Source of the DNA: Raillietiella orientalis
Taxonomy: Eukaryota
NCBI GenBank assembly: GCA_036172245.1
Contig: JAYWIR010000001.1
Span: 6,262,001 to 6,326,000 of the forward strand
Direction of reading: 5' to 3'
Length of the DNA: 64,000 nucleotides
Position 1 is the first letter of the stretch. Each line of letters begins with the position of its first letter. The notes beneath the pieces are model-generated. The model saw only the letters and a list, made by a program, of their open reading frames with translations. It made no database searches and had not been told where the DNA came from. A program made the translations under genes and the position numbers. Below, piece after piece: positions 40,501 to 51,099 of the stretch.

Positions 40501-42137
40501 ATCTGAAAGGAGACGTACACAAGAAGTGAAACTAAATCATGACATGATAAATAATTCTCCAGAAATGTTGCTAAGGCAAGATACCCCATGTTTCTGTGCA
40601 ACATTGCCTTTGCACTAACTTTTCCTATATGAACTTACACCTCCATGTGCATGTGTTTTGGGACATTTTTCAATTTATTGAAGCGGTGCATCTTCTACAG
40701 TTGCTATACTTTGGGACAGTCTCTTGGTGTATACTTCTTTCCATAACTCTCCTGGGATTACTAGCTCTCTTACCAAACAATTGTCTTAGATATGAGATGG
40801 AGGAAGACCTGTCTCGAAACAACACAGACAAAAAAAGCCCGCAAAAATTTAGTGAGTAGATTTTCATAATGATTCTAGAGGTATTGACTGATGATAGAAG
40901 CATCTCCTCAAAGAAAAGAAAGTCTGCACCTAGAGAACATAAAGAAACCCAGACGCTTTGCAAGTTTTACAGGATTGAGACATCCTGCCAGTAAAGACAA
41001 ACAATACGATGATGTTACTGACTTGTCCCTGGTCGAAATAAAGGGTTATTTAGAAAGAAAACAGGAACTTCAAACTGGAGGTCGAAAAGCCACTGTTCGT
41101 TCTTGGAAAACATATTATACTGGTCTGCTGATGATTATATTGTTTTTTCATACAAAATCATGGATTTGCTTTTAGTGCTTTGTGGTCAGCTGCTTTGCTT
41201 TTTCAAGGATGTAGATGACTTTTCATCAAGAAAAGCGGCAGCTTCTCCAGTTACTTTGTATCATGCCATATGTGAAAAAGCTGAAGATTACACTAAAAGG
41301 AAACATGTATTCAGGTAACATGTTGGACATCAGGGATCTAACAAAAAAAGTGCCATAGACTTCACTCCAGAGATGGATCTGAATATCTGTTTGTAACAGT
41401 GAATGAAAAGTTACTGCAAGAGTGGATCAACAAAATTAATTTCCATGCCAACTTGATACCTAGTCAACAGCTTCTTAGTTATGATGCTCTGAAGGTAAGA
41501 CAAATGCATTTTGTAAGAAATCAGGATAGATCAAGTAGATAGTGTTTAATTTATACCGAGAATAATGAATACCATGTTAGATGCCTGCCAACTTCTAACT
41601 GAAATGTCTTTGCATATTAGGATGAGGACTTTACCAATTCGTTGCTTCCGAATGAAAAAAAGTCAAACGTTTCAAAAAGCGAACATCTCAGAGGTACCGT
41701 CACATTGACTTTGTTATTCGAAAACCGAGCTTTTGACTTACTTGCAATGCTTGATCCAAATCATGTGTAGGTTGCGACTATGCTCCTCCTGCTGGTTTTG
41801 CAGAGTCCCTGGATTCAGAAAAGCTCTTGAACACCATGGAAGCGCAAAACTCTACAGAACATCGTGAGTTCCCATTTGTTTGATCCTTTTTACACATTGA
41901 TTTTGCCTTGATCAGAATACTCCAACTCGGTGGAAACCGTGGATTATTTAGAGGTAGCACGCATGAGGTGACACGTTTGTCGTTATTAATTTTGTGATAC
42001 AGTCAGATCGTATGCGGTCCGACTTACCCCCCGATTCAACGTTCAAGGAAAATGCGGAAGACGACATGGCGAAAAAGGAAAAAAGAAGCAGCGTTTTGCA
42101 CGGCTTATTTTGGAAGAGGAAAAGCACTCTCCTGTAG
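13048..42137 (+). CDS. kst: Beta-Heavy spectrin (karst / sma-1 / SPTBN5 family), 66 coding exons, about 3899 aa
   Basis: Starts [38 protein letters not shown] (CH1). CH2 includes [14 protein letters not shown]...[14 protein letters not shown]. About 30 spectrin repeats, an SH3 (ALYDF...DWW...EGFVP) and a PH domain ([22 protein letters not shown]) follow, collinear with Drosophila karst as recalled. Hand-traced exons: 13048-13167,18534-18701,18828-18944,23565-23673,23728-23892,23941-24053,24106-24293,24343-24568,24614-24745,24793-24875,24929-25067,25172-25380,25427-25604,25653-25853,25897-26109,26179-26340,26392-26524,26863-27098,27154-27338,27451-27642,27757-27838,27897-27974,28035-28162,28213-28453,28562-28701,28761-29031,29079-29233,29291-29399,29515-29645,29699-29984,30041-30259,30312-30608,30655-30800,30851-31082,31131-31304,31611-31811,31855-32007,32061-32351,32400-32565,32614-32801,33965-34167,34208-34436,34571-34855,34904-35170,35255-35518,36909-37193,37236-37492,37544-37730,37787-37987,38053-38283,38333-38707,38780-38962,39007-39197,39480-39648,39902-40021,40068-40250,40302-40424,40487-40575,40790-40851,40898-41122,41176-41314,41359-41494,41621-41693,41771-41863,41916-41953,42003-42137. 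Total 11,700 nt, divisible by 3. The last four exons are the least certain. Confidence 0.97.
20768..20818. repeat. Compound (TC)n(GT)n microsatellite in intron 3
   Basis: Directly visible. Confidence 0.95.
22213..22862. mobile_element. Very AT-rich degenerate inverted-repeat (foldback/MITE-like) element in intron 3
   Basis: The left arm (cgaaatcccgaatgatctta...aatacatgtgtttgttatatgtattaata; aacatgcatatttattaatattattaataatatgtat) resembles the reverse complement of the right arm (caaaatgccaaaagatcgta...aatacatttgctttagtatatgtattaata; aacatacatacttattaatataattaatatcatgtat). Confidence 0.5.
26281..26500 (+). other. SH3 domain inserted among the spectrin repeats (diagnostic for beta-H)
   Basis: [52 protein letters not shown], split by a 51-nt intron. 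Confidence 0.93.
34479..34518. repeat. (AC)20 microsatellite in a spectrin intron
   Basis: Directly visible. Confidence 0.97.
41030..41450 (+). other. C-terminal PH domain of beta-H-spectrin
   Basis: [11 protein letters not shown]...[19 protein letters not shown]...[21 protein letters not shown]...WINKINFHA. Confidence 0.93.
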
Positions 42138-42287
42138 CAACTTTTGACTGTTCCATTTCGTTCCCATAAGTATTGGCAAGTAGAAACAAGTTCTCCAACG
42201 TGGCAAACGAGAGACAGTTTTCCTGTGCAATACCGTGTCCCCAATAATTTTGTGTACCGCATTCAGTGTAGTTAGTATATATTTGAT

Positions 42288-42293
42288 AATAAA
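42288..42293 (+). terminator. Putative polyadenylation signal of beta-H-spectrin
   Basis: AATAAA about 150 nt after the TAG at 42137. Confidence 0.55.
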
Positions 42294-45200
42294 TAGACTA
42301 AAAGATGCACGTTTCCCTAGCAAAAGCAGTCACATTCCCCTTGCTCTTGGGCAGCAGGAGAACGCCCGGCCCTCCCGAACGTGGACGCACACCCTTCGCA
42401 GAAGGTCAACGCGTGGGGAGCGCCGCTGAAGGCAACGGGCAAAGAACAGCACTCACGGCAAAGAACTGCCGAACGGCGGCGCGTGTTGCAATCGAGAAGC
42501 GGCGACACTTTAAGGACAGATAGTTGCCTTCGGCTTGCAATTTAGAATCGAATAACGCCCTCACTTGTGTACATTTTTTTTTTTTTTTTATTAAAAAAAA
42601 AAAAAAGGATCACCCAGACTGTTGTGCAGTGGACCGTTCCCTTTCTCCCGTTGGACCGTGAAGAGTGCATCCCTGCTGTCAGCGAAAACGATGGGGGGGG
42701 GGACTGTTCCTTGATTTCGACCGACCAGGGATGGGTCGCATTGCAGTTGGGATCTGCGGAACGCGCGGAGGTGGTTCGGAAGAACGCGATGCGCGTTGGT
42801 GAGCCACGCAAGGTTCAAGCTGGGGAGGGAAGGATGCTCGAAATTGCATTTCCCGTGCCTGCGAAGACGAACCTGCCGCGGGGAGGGTTTGCCCGAGGAT
42901 ACCAACCAAACCGAGGAAATGCACGCCACTCGAACGGGAGGGTTTTCTTTGGCGCCAAGTGCATCGGCGAAGAAGCCGCACGAACGGGGCCCAGGACTTT
43001 GTCCCCACCATCGTAATTCAGGCCGTGGAGCTCGCGAAACAGCGATCGGCGGAAAACGACTCTGAGAATGCTCAACTTCTCGACTAGGCTCGTCGTCGTC
43101 CGCCTGCAGGGCGTTGGTGGCCAATTTCATGAAGTCCTTCTTCCAGCCGATTCCTTTTAGCCACTTCCGGATTTCCTCAGCTCCGCTCGCAGATCGCGCA
43201 ACCGGCACTTCCAGACATAACGGATCTTTCCATTTGTCATCCCCCATTTGTCTGGCCAGCGGGCGGGCGCGCGCCTGACCTCGGTCGGCTCTTGCGACTT
43301 CCGGTTTCCCCGCAGCTTCATCCGATCACGCACTTCACTCGAGTCCGCCGTGGGAACGCGTGGCTGTCTCCTTGGAAGCAGGGCAGCGTGAAGCCCTGTC
43401 TGCCGTTCCTGATGCCCTGCCGATCTCTCGTTTCACCTTGGAAGTGGAGGAGAAGTTTTCCAGATGGTCACAAGACCAACGCACCCCACTTTCACTGCCG
43501 TTTCCCAGCATCTCCTCGGTCCACCTTCCGTGGGGTGCCTTCCTACGCCCCACGGAGCCGAATATCCACGAGGCGGTTCACCGGCGACGAGCTCCGGAAA
43601 TTTGCCCGGGAAGACGCGAAAGCATTCACTCTTCTCGTGCGGCGTTCTCTTCTTCAAAAAGAAACTTTTTATCTTCTCCAAGTATTCCATTGAAAAGTGT
43701 TTATCCGCCATGCATTGAAGCTGCTACCCACCTCAAGCGAGATCCTCCACGTCATGATCGGTGATCAATTGCAACGGCCTTTAGGAATTTCATGGCTGTG
43801 TGAAAAAAGCACGCAAAATCAAAAGGGAAAAAAGGGCCATCAAAGGGTGAAAGGATACTCATCAAAGGGGGTGTACCGGGCACAACGAGAGAGTCGTGCC
43901 ATTTCGTGCAGAAGCAAAACGAATTTGCACCATTATAAACTCTGCATGCATTCACTGATCATTTTTTTTAAAGTTTTCGAAACCCATGGATGCATGAAGT
44001 CACCAATTTGTAATAAGTCAAGTATTCGTATTATTAGATGGTAGTTGTTATGCCAGCAGTAGTATTCGGTCGTGACTCCTGCCAAATCACCGCTGCTCCT
44101 CCTTCAGGAATGTAATGTACGTAAAGCCGAGAGGGTGAAGGTGTTGAATCTTCATAGCTCAGTTTTCCTAAGACGGGAAAGCTGAATTTTTGCCCGAGAA
44201 GAGCTTCCAGTGGTCCATCGACCCGGATGTTTGCCACCCGAATGTGCCGGGGCATTTATTATGAAAACATTTTTTTTTTTTTTTTCTTTTCTTTTTACAA
44301 AGATTCCATAATAAAGCCATGATGGATGTTTCTTTCGTGGTAGAACACGTGGTTCTACCACGCTCGGGAGACTTGTTACCTCACCGGTACGCAGACCGGC
44401 GAGGTCCTCTCCAACGGCGGAGAGGAAGGGAAAAACAAAATGAAAATCCAGAAAAAGAATCGAAAAGGGGAGGGAATGGATGTTTCTTCGGGGAGCGGAG
44501 GGGAGGGAATGGATCACTGTGCGCCTGGATTGGTCCTCCGCATCCTGCTCAGGATGCTGGCAAGTGCTGGACGGATGTTCCGGGGTCGGGGCCGCCGGGC
44601 GGCGTTCTTCGTGGAGGTTTTCTCCCAGTGGATGGCTCCCCTGCCGTTTTGGCCTCTCTGCGCCCCACCTGGCCACAGTTCTGTGAGCGGAGAACCGCCA
44701 GAGGCACGGCGGAGGAGGATCGCGCACGAAGAGGCGCCGGAAAATGTAACGACGACACGGAAGTAAGCCTCACTTTGCGGCGAATCCATCTTTCCGGAAA
44801 CCGAATACGCTTCCCAGCTTGAAGAAATTTCTTCCGTTTGTAACTCTTGTCGGCTTGGGACATTCGTGAATCGATGCCTTCAAACACCTATGTTTTTGTG
44901 GCGTGTGCCTCCTCGTGTGCCTACGCAGTCGGCTGAAGCCTGTAACTACAAGAATATCTTATATCCACACAAAATGGCTGCTGAAATGAGAAAACGGATG
45001 ATACGTATTTTGCCCCCTTTAGTTGTTGCGTTTGCTAAAGATTTTGAGAATCCTCCTTATGCTCGAAAAGAGACAAAGCACAATTGGAAACTTCCGTGTC
45101 TGACTACTCACTCAAGCAAGGGCTTATCCAATCCAAACGAACCGTGGGTCGAGAACTCTTTATCTAGGTTTTAATTTAATTTTTATTGTCCGCCGATCGT

Positions 45201-46047
45201 GAAGCAAAAGCAAAAAGAAGAGATTCCTTAAAGCACAGTTTCCTTTTTATCACGACGGATGAGCAAAAGCGAATTTCTCAGTTGAAGTTGTCCCGTGTTT
45301 CATTCCCGTTCTTCTTCCTGCCTGCAAGGATCTCTAGAGTCCCAGCCACGCTGAAGATATACAAAATAATAAGACGTCCTTTCGTGTTCTCAACAACCCA
45401 AGTTTCGGGGCGGACGATAATTTCGATCCAGTCATAGCAAACACATTGACCGTCAGGAAGCCTTTCTTTCAGGAAGGTTTCCTTATTTCTACTATAATGG
45501 AAGTGGGGGGTCAGTGCTCCAATGTAAAATGTCTGCCTTCTTTGCGGTGAGCCAAGCACTGCTCGCAGCAATGGAAATAATTCTATGACGTCCATCTTAA
45601 TGGTCAGAAGTTTGCCGCGCCGTGAAAGCAGCATCTCTTCTTAAGCCGCCATTCTGAAAGGCGAAGAGGTGCCAAGTAGGAAAAAACCTCGCCTCAAAAG
45701 TATCGTGTGGATGAAGAGGGTGGCTTTTCCCAGGAACACAAAAAACATTGAGTTGTTGGTTCCGTAAAGCTTGCAGGAATTATTTGATAGGGCGAGAGTT
45801 GCTTCCATTTGGATTGTGTAGTCCCCCCCCCCCCCATTTTCAGCAAGGAGATTCGAAACTTGGGCATTATGAATGCGTGAAGAACTCATATGAAATTGAC
45901 TATGTATGCCGTCAACCAATTTCAGAACAGTATATTACTTTATGACTTGTGACTGAACAAAGCTTTTTAATATTAATTTGAAGTGCGATTTTTAAAAAAT
46001 TTGAAAGTTAGCAAGCGTCCTGAATATGTTTACCAAACCCTTTCCAC

Positions 46048-46080
46048 CAGTATTTCTATTGAGAAGCAATAGAAATACTG
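46048..46080. repeat. Perfect 14-bp hairpin with a 5-nt loop
   Basis: cagtatttctattg-agaag-caatagaaatactg. Confidence 0.95.
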
Positions 46081-47076
46081 CCCTTAAGCGGCATTCTATT
46101 GCTTATTAAAAAAGCACAAAAAAAAGCTCCAATCCATGAGAATCATCCAAGGCGCAAACGAAGATTTAAAAAAAAACAAAAAACAAAAAAAAAGCACATA
46201 GAAGGTTAGAGCAGCGACGGAGGCTCGTCGGGAAGATAAAACACAAATCACAGTCGGAGGAATTTCCGAATACGACGATGGGGACCCCTTGTGCACGGTG
46301 CGGCCACCCCGCTTTCCCGACAGAAGGGCACCCAAGAGGAAAATAGGGGAACCTATCCCCAACCCACACGAGCGCAGCTTGGCAGAAGTGCCGAGCTGCC
46401 TCACAAGTGTTGCCGGCGGGGTGGCAGAAGCACCCAAGCAGGTTGGAAGCTGCAAGCCCCACTGTTCTTCCCTTTTTGTTTTTTGTTTTTTGTTTCTTTT
46501 TTGGGGGGGGGCACCTCCTGTTACCTATTGCCATCCCAGTGACACGTTTTCCTGCGTGTGGGGCGGCCACGCTGCCGTGATGCTGCCGAGTTCCTACGTG
46601 TGCCGGCCGTGCTGAAGTGACCAATAGAAAGACGTGCACGGTGAGCAGTCGGTGTTCCTTTAGACGGGAAAGTGTGGATCGTGTCAGGTGGTGTACGGCC
46701 TTGAATGTACGAACTCCCCCCCCCCCTTGCAACACCTTTTCAAAGCACCTTGAACTTTTCAAAGTAGTCAGTAGGCTAGAAGGGAGGGCGATATCTTCTC
46801 TCTGTAGCTTCTGTCGAAACAAACCACCATGTCCTGTGAAAAGTGAAAACTCGAAGTGCTAAATTTGGTCGTGGCTGCCTGCAAGTCCGTTATTAACCTT
46901 TTTCCAAATTGTTCCGTGAAAACTCGTGATTTCCGATTGTCCATAACTTTGTGTTTGTTTTACAGGACTTGGACAACGACTTACAATAAAGGTTTGCAGG
47001 CAAACCATGCTCGAACTGTCCCAATGACCAATACGGGCACATAAGAAAAGCATTTTTTAGAGAACAAAGCTGAATC

Positions 47077-48231
47077 ATGATTCTTCCATTATCCTATAAG
47101 GATAAGCCACATGGGTTAACCTCCAAGTGTAGGGAAAAGTTGAAAAGCTGGATCTGGTTGATTTTATCAGATCGCAATTCCAGAAATCTTTTTTTTTTTT
47201 TATCAATCAATTTAACTTTTGCATTTGTAGAGTTATTTTATGGTATTTGGACTAATAGTCTTGGATTGATATCAGATGCCTTTCACATGTTTTTTGATTG
47301 TACTGGTTTGATTGCTGGACTTTTTGCATCTGTGATAACAAGATGGAAGCCTAATGACAAATTTTCATATGGCTTTGTTAGAGCTGAAGTGTTAGCAGGC
47401 TTTATGAATGGCATATGTTTGTTGTTCATCGGATTTTACATCTTCTCTGAAGCTATTGAAAGGCTCATTGAAACCCCAGAGATTCGGCATGAACGGTTGT
47501 TGGTCGTTTCAGTTCTAGGCTTGATGGTTAACATAATAGGTATTTTTGTTTTCCATCATGGTGGCCATGGACATTCACATGGTGGTGGTGGTCATGGACA
47601 CTCACATGGTGGTGGTGGTCATGGACACTCACATAGTGGCAATCATGGACACTCCCATGGCCCATGTCATGAGCACACCCATGAATATCTAAATCATCAT
47701 GAAGGACCCAAAAATAGTTTTTATTCCCAAATGAATGCATATCAACAGCCAACTTCAGATTTTGATGCCAATGAACTTAAAACAGAGAACTCACAAATTA
47801 TGAAAGGAGTGTTTCTCCACATTTTGGCTGACACTCTTGGAAGTGTAGGAGTTATTGTTTCTACTATACTTATGCAGCAGTTTGGATGGATGAAAGCCGA
47901 CCCAATCTGTTCCATGTTCATTTCTTGTTTAATTATAATAAGTGTGCTTTCGTTAATTAGAGACTCTGTTTACATTTTGATGCAACGACAGCCAAAAGAA
48001 CTGGATGACATTGTTCCTCAATGCTATCAAAAAATTATGCATTTAGAGGGTGTACTAAGTGTTCAGGAACCTCATTTTTGGACTTTGTGTACTAATGTCT
48101 ATATTGGTACATTAAAAATGGAGGTATCAAAGAATGCAGATCATAAATATATTCTGAAAAATACCCAAATGATTTTTTCCGCTATTGGAGTACATCATTT
48201 GTATGTACAGTTAGATCCTGTGCTCATGTGA
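47077..48231 (+). CDS. SLC30A7: Zinc transporter ZnT7 (CDF family), intronless CDS, 384 aa
   Basis: SRNLFFFLSINLTFAFVELFYG...SLGLISDAFHMFFDC (TM2 HxxxD), a His-rich loop, GVFLHILADTLGS (TM5 HxxxD) and a C-terminal EPHFWTLC. The size fits ZnT7 rather than ZnT5. Candidate 5'UTR acceptor tttacag at 46965; AATAAA at 48273. Confidence 0.95.
   Translation: MILPLSYKDKPHGLTSKCREKLKSWIWLILSDRNSRNLFFFLSINLTFAFVELFYGIWTNSLGLISDAFHMFFDCTGLIAGLFASVITRWKPNDKFSYGFVRAEVLAGFMNGICLLFIGFYIFSEAIERLIETPEIRHERLLVVSVLGLMVNIIGIFVFHHGGHGHSHGGGGHGHSHGGGGHGHSHSGNHGHSHGPCHEHTHEYLNHHEGPKNSFYSQMNAYQQPTSDFDANELKTENSQIMKGVFLHILADTLGSVGVIVSTILMQQFGWMKADPICSMFISCLIIISVLSLIRDSVYILMQRQPKELDDIVPQCYQKIMHLEGVLSVQEPHFWTLCTNVYIGTLKMEVSKNADHKYILKNTQMIFSAIGVHHLYVQLDPVLM
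47566..47661 (+). repeat. Coding 27-nt tandem repeat encoding (HGHSHGGGG)n in the ZnT7 loop
   Basis: catggaca(t/c)tcacatggtggtggtggt units, about 3.5 copies. Confidence 0.9.
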
Positions 48232-51099
48232 AACCAGTGCTTTATATTTTTAAGAGCTCATGTCACTGCATTAATAAATGCATTTTATTTATAAGAAAAA
48301 ATTAAAACATTTTTAGAGGCAATTGCTGAAATGCTTCCAAGTTATTTATGAAAAAGCTACCAGACAATGAGGTAATTTGTTTTTCCCAAGAGGTGGAACA
48401 TGATTGTGACTTTTCAAAGCTGCATGTTTCTGTCACCCTAAGCGGATGACTTGCACCGTTTAAAGCTTGTTCCGAGGGATTCACGAACTTGGGTTTCTGA
48501 ACCAGGAAACAAAAATAAAATGCCATTTGGAAGAGTATGGTTTTTGGTGTGCGTGCCTTTGTAAGAATGAGCTACAAGATGTGTGGGAAATTTTAAATTT
48601 AGGGTCATAAGCAACTGAGTTCGTGGATTCCCCGAAGGAATGGTGTGATTCTTCGACGCGTTGTCGCCGTTATTTTTCCGAGCCCCCGCGCCAAGAGTGG
48701 GGAATGCATAGGCCATCTTCCAGCCGTGGAAACACTTGGTGGCCACACTTGGTGCCGGCCATTCGCCGGCTCCGAACCACGGGTCTCCGCTCGATGGGAA
48801 CTAAGAAGTGTGGTGTGGCAACAGGACTGATCGCAAGTTCCTTTTTTTTTTTCTTTTTTGGCAGGATGCACTTATCGCCAAAAAAACAACATTCCTCGAA
48901 CGAAATTCCCGAACAAACTGAAAACCAGCATCTAAAATTCCAATTTTCCATAACTCATACACAGTCTTGGAACTGATCCCTCCGGAAGGCATGAATACGT
49001 CGAGGTTTGGGACCATTCGGCTTCACGACCCTCTACCGGGGCTGTCCGATGGGGTGGTTCCCCACGTTTCCGATCCGAGAGTCCCGCTGCATCCAACCGG
49101 CTCGAAAATCCGTGCTGCCTTTCCGCTCGCAGCTGCCTCGACGTCGGTGCCGTTGTTGCCTGGTGGTGGGGAAACTCTCGCAACTCCTCCACACGGCAGA
49201 AATACGCAAAGCACACCGGAATTCGTCACTCGGACCTCGGCCTCGTTGCCGCGACCGGAGAGTGGACTCTGGTTCCACGTTTTTAGGATTCTTCTCCTTG
49301 GCTTCCGTCCATTCTCCGTGCAGTCTTCTTCCGACGACTTGCACGCACCCTCGTCACTTGGATGGCTGACACGACTGTCAGCCTTGTCCTTCCTTGTCCG
49401 CCGACACGATGTAGGCGTGCAAGAAGCTGGACCACCGCTTGCCGGAGAAGAGACTCGCACTGTGCAATTTCTGAGGGTACGCGATTTCACATCAGCCCTC
49501 CCTGAAAATCCTCCGCTTGAGTCGTTTGCACGTGGTTTTCCCACATCTGTGCACGTTCGCTGTCATCTGTAGGCAGGGGTCTCCTTGACTGCCCCCGGAA
49601 AAAAAAACGCCTCCCAGCTCTTTTCCGAAGGCTCGGTGCACAGGTGGATCCTTCCCGAGTTTTCCTTTACCCTGAAATTCACTGCGACCGCTCGGAGTAC
49701 GTTAAAACCTTCATTTTTCGAGTTCTCGAGGATTCATCGTTAATCGCACGTTACAAGTCGGGACGAGGTTCGATCGAGGCCATCGTTTTCGGGCGGATGC
49801 TGAGGAGGGCTGCTGAACCACTGCTGTCAAGTTGCACGCATCCGACACCCGCGGTCTTCACGTTGCAGCAGCATCTTTTTTTCTTTTTCCAAGAGCCATT
49901 CGATCACCGACACACAGCCGCTGCACAACTTTCCCCTTTCGCAACTCTCCGATGAACATCCGGAAGGCCTCGAGTTGACCATTCTGCTAGCTTTGTTTAC
50001 GGTTATCCCCAGCACAACTTGCCGGGGAAGTGCAGACAGGAATCGGTTCCAGCCGCACCCGGATTTCACAGCAGAACCTTGGAAGGTGTTGTGGCGCGGG
50101 GTGATTGCCACTTCCTGTCTCGCGTGCACGCACGCATCCCTCCGCCGGTGCGGAGCACCTGCCTGCCGTGTTTGCACGCGGTATCAGGTTCAGGGATCGA
50201 AGCAGGCAATTTCCTTGCTTTCCGGAAATTCTCTTTCGCCGCCGGCCTCTTCAAAAGAAAAAACAAAGGAAAAAATACTCCGAGCAAAAATTTCCCCCAG
50301 AAGGAACACAGAGCGATTCTTACACGTGGCAAGTAGCAAGGGACGTGGGCGTGGCTTTCGAAAAACTTAGTTTACAAGAAAAGTGCTCCCATTTCACGCG
50401 AGCTTACTACTGCCTGCTCGACAAGCACGAAAAGGGCATCCAATCTGCCACACACAGAGTGCAAAGAAAGAGAGGAGGCAGACGACCAACTTGGTGCGGG
50501 CATCTCTTGGCCAAAGCCTAGCTCCGCGGAAGCATCCTTCCAGCTTCCCTGAGATCTGGAGGAGGCGACGTGGCACACGCGTGCTTCAACGAAGAACTGC
50601 TGGACATCGTCATGAGGGCTGCGTGAGATGCGTGCAAACACGCAGCAGCGGCCGCAGCTGTGAGCACAGTGCTGCCAGGGTCGCTCCTCTTCCCGGAACA
50701 AGTGGCTATCAAGTCGGAACACCTCCGATCTCTTCGCAGAGCAGGCGGCAGTAGGGACTGCGCTTGGAAAAGTTCCGTGCCTGCCCCGGGAAAGCCCGGA
50801 GGGGGGGCATCATCGCTTGCTCCTTCGCCTCCCCTGAGATACCCCCGTGAGAGACGCTGCGGAACCGCGGCTCCGTGGATGATGACCCTCGCCCCCTTTT
50901 CCTTCTTTTTTTCCTCCCTTTTCGGAAAGGGAACCTCGCATGCATCAGACAGCGCTCTTTCGAAAGCTTTATTCGGTGCGGTACCGAGGGTTTCGTGGAT
51001 GCGAAAGTACGGAAAATGCGCCATCTGTTGTTGACAAAAATGTGTGCGGTTCGAGCCAACAGTTGCAGGCGAGCCCAAACAGCTCAGGGGGGTGGACGT

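Noticed and set aside
50518..51099. Long in-frame ORF after the MEAF6 TGA (possible readthrough)
   Set aside because: The TGA-A context is not a typical readthrough context, an AATAAA lies early within it, and the peptide resembles nothing I recognise
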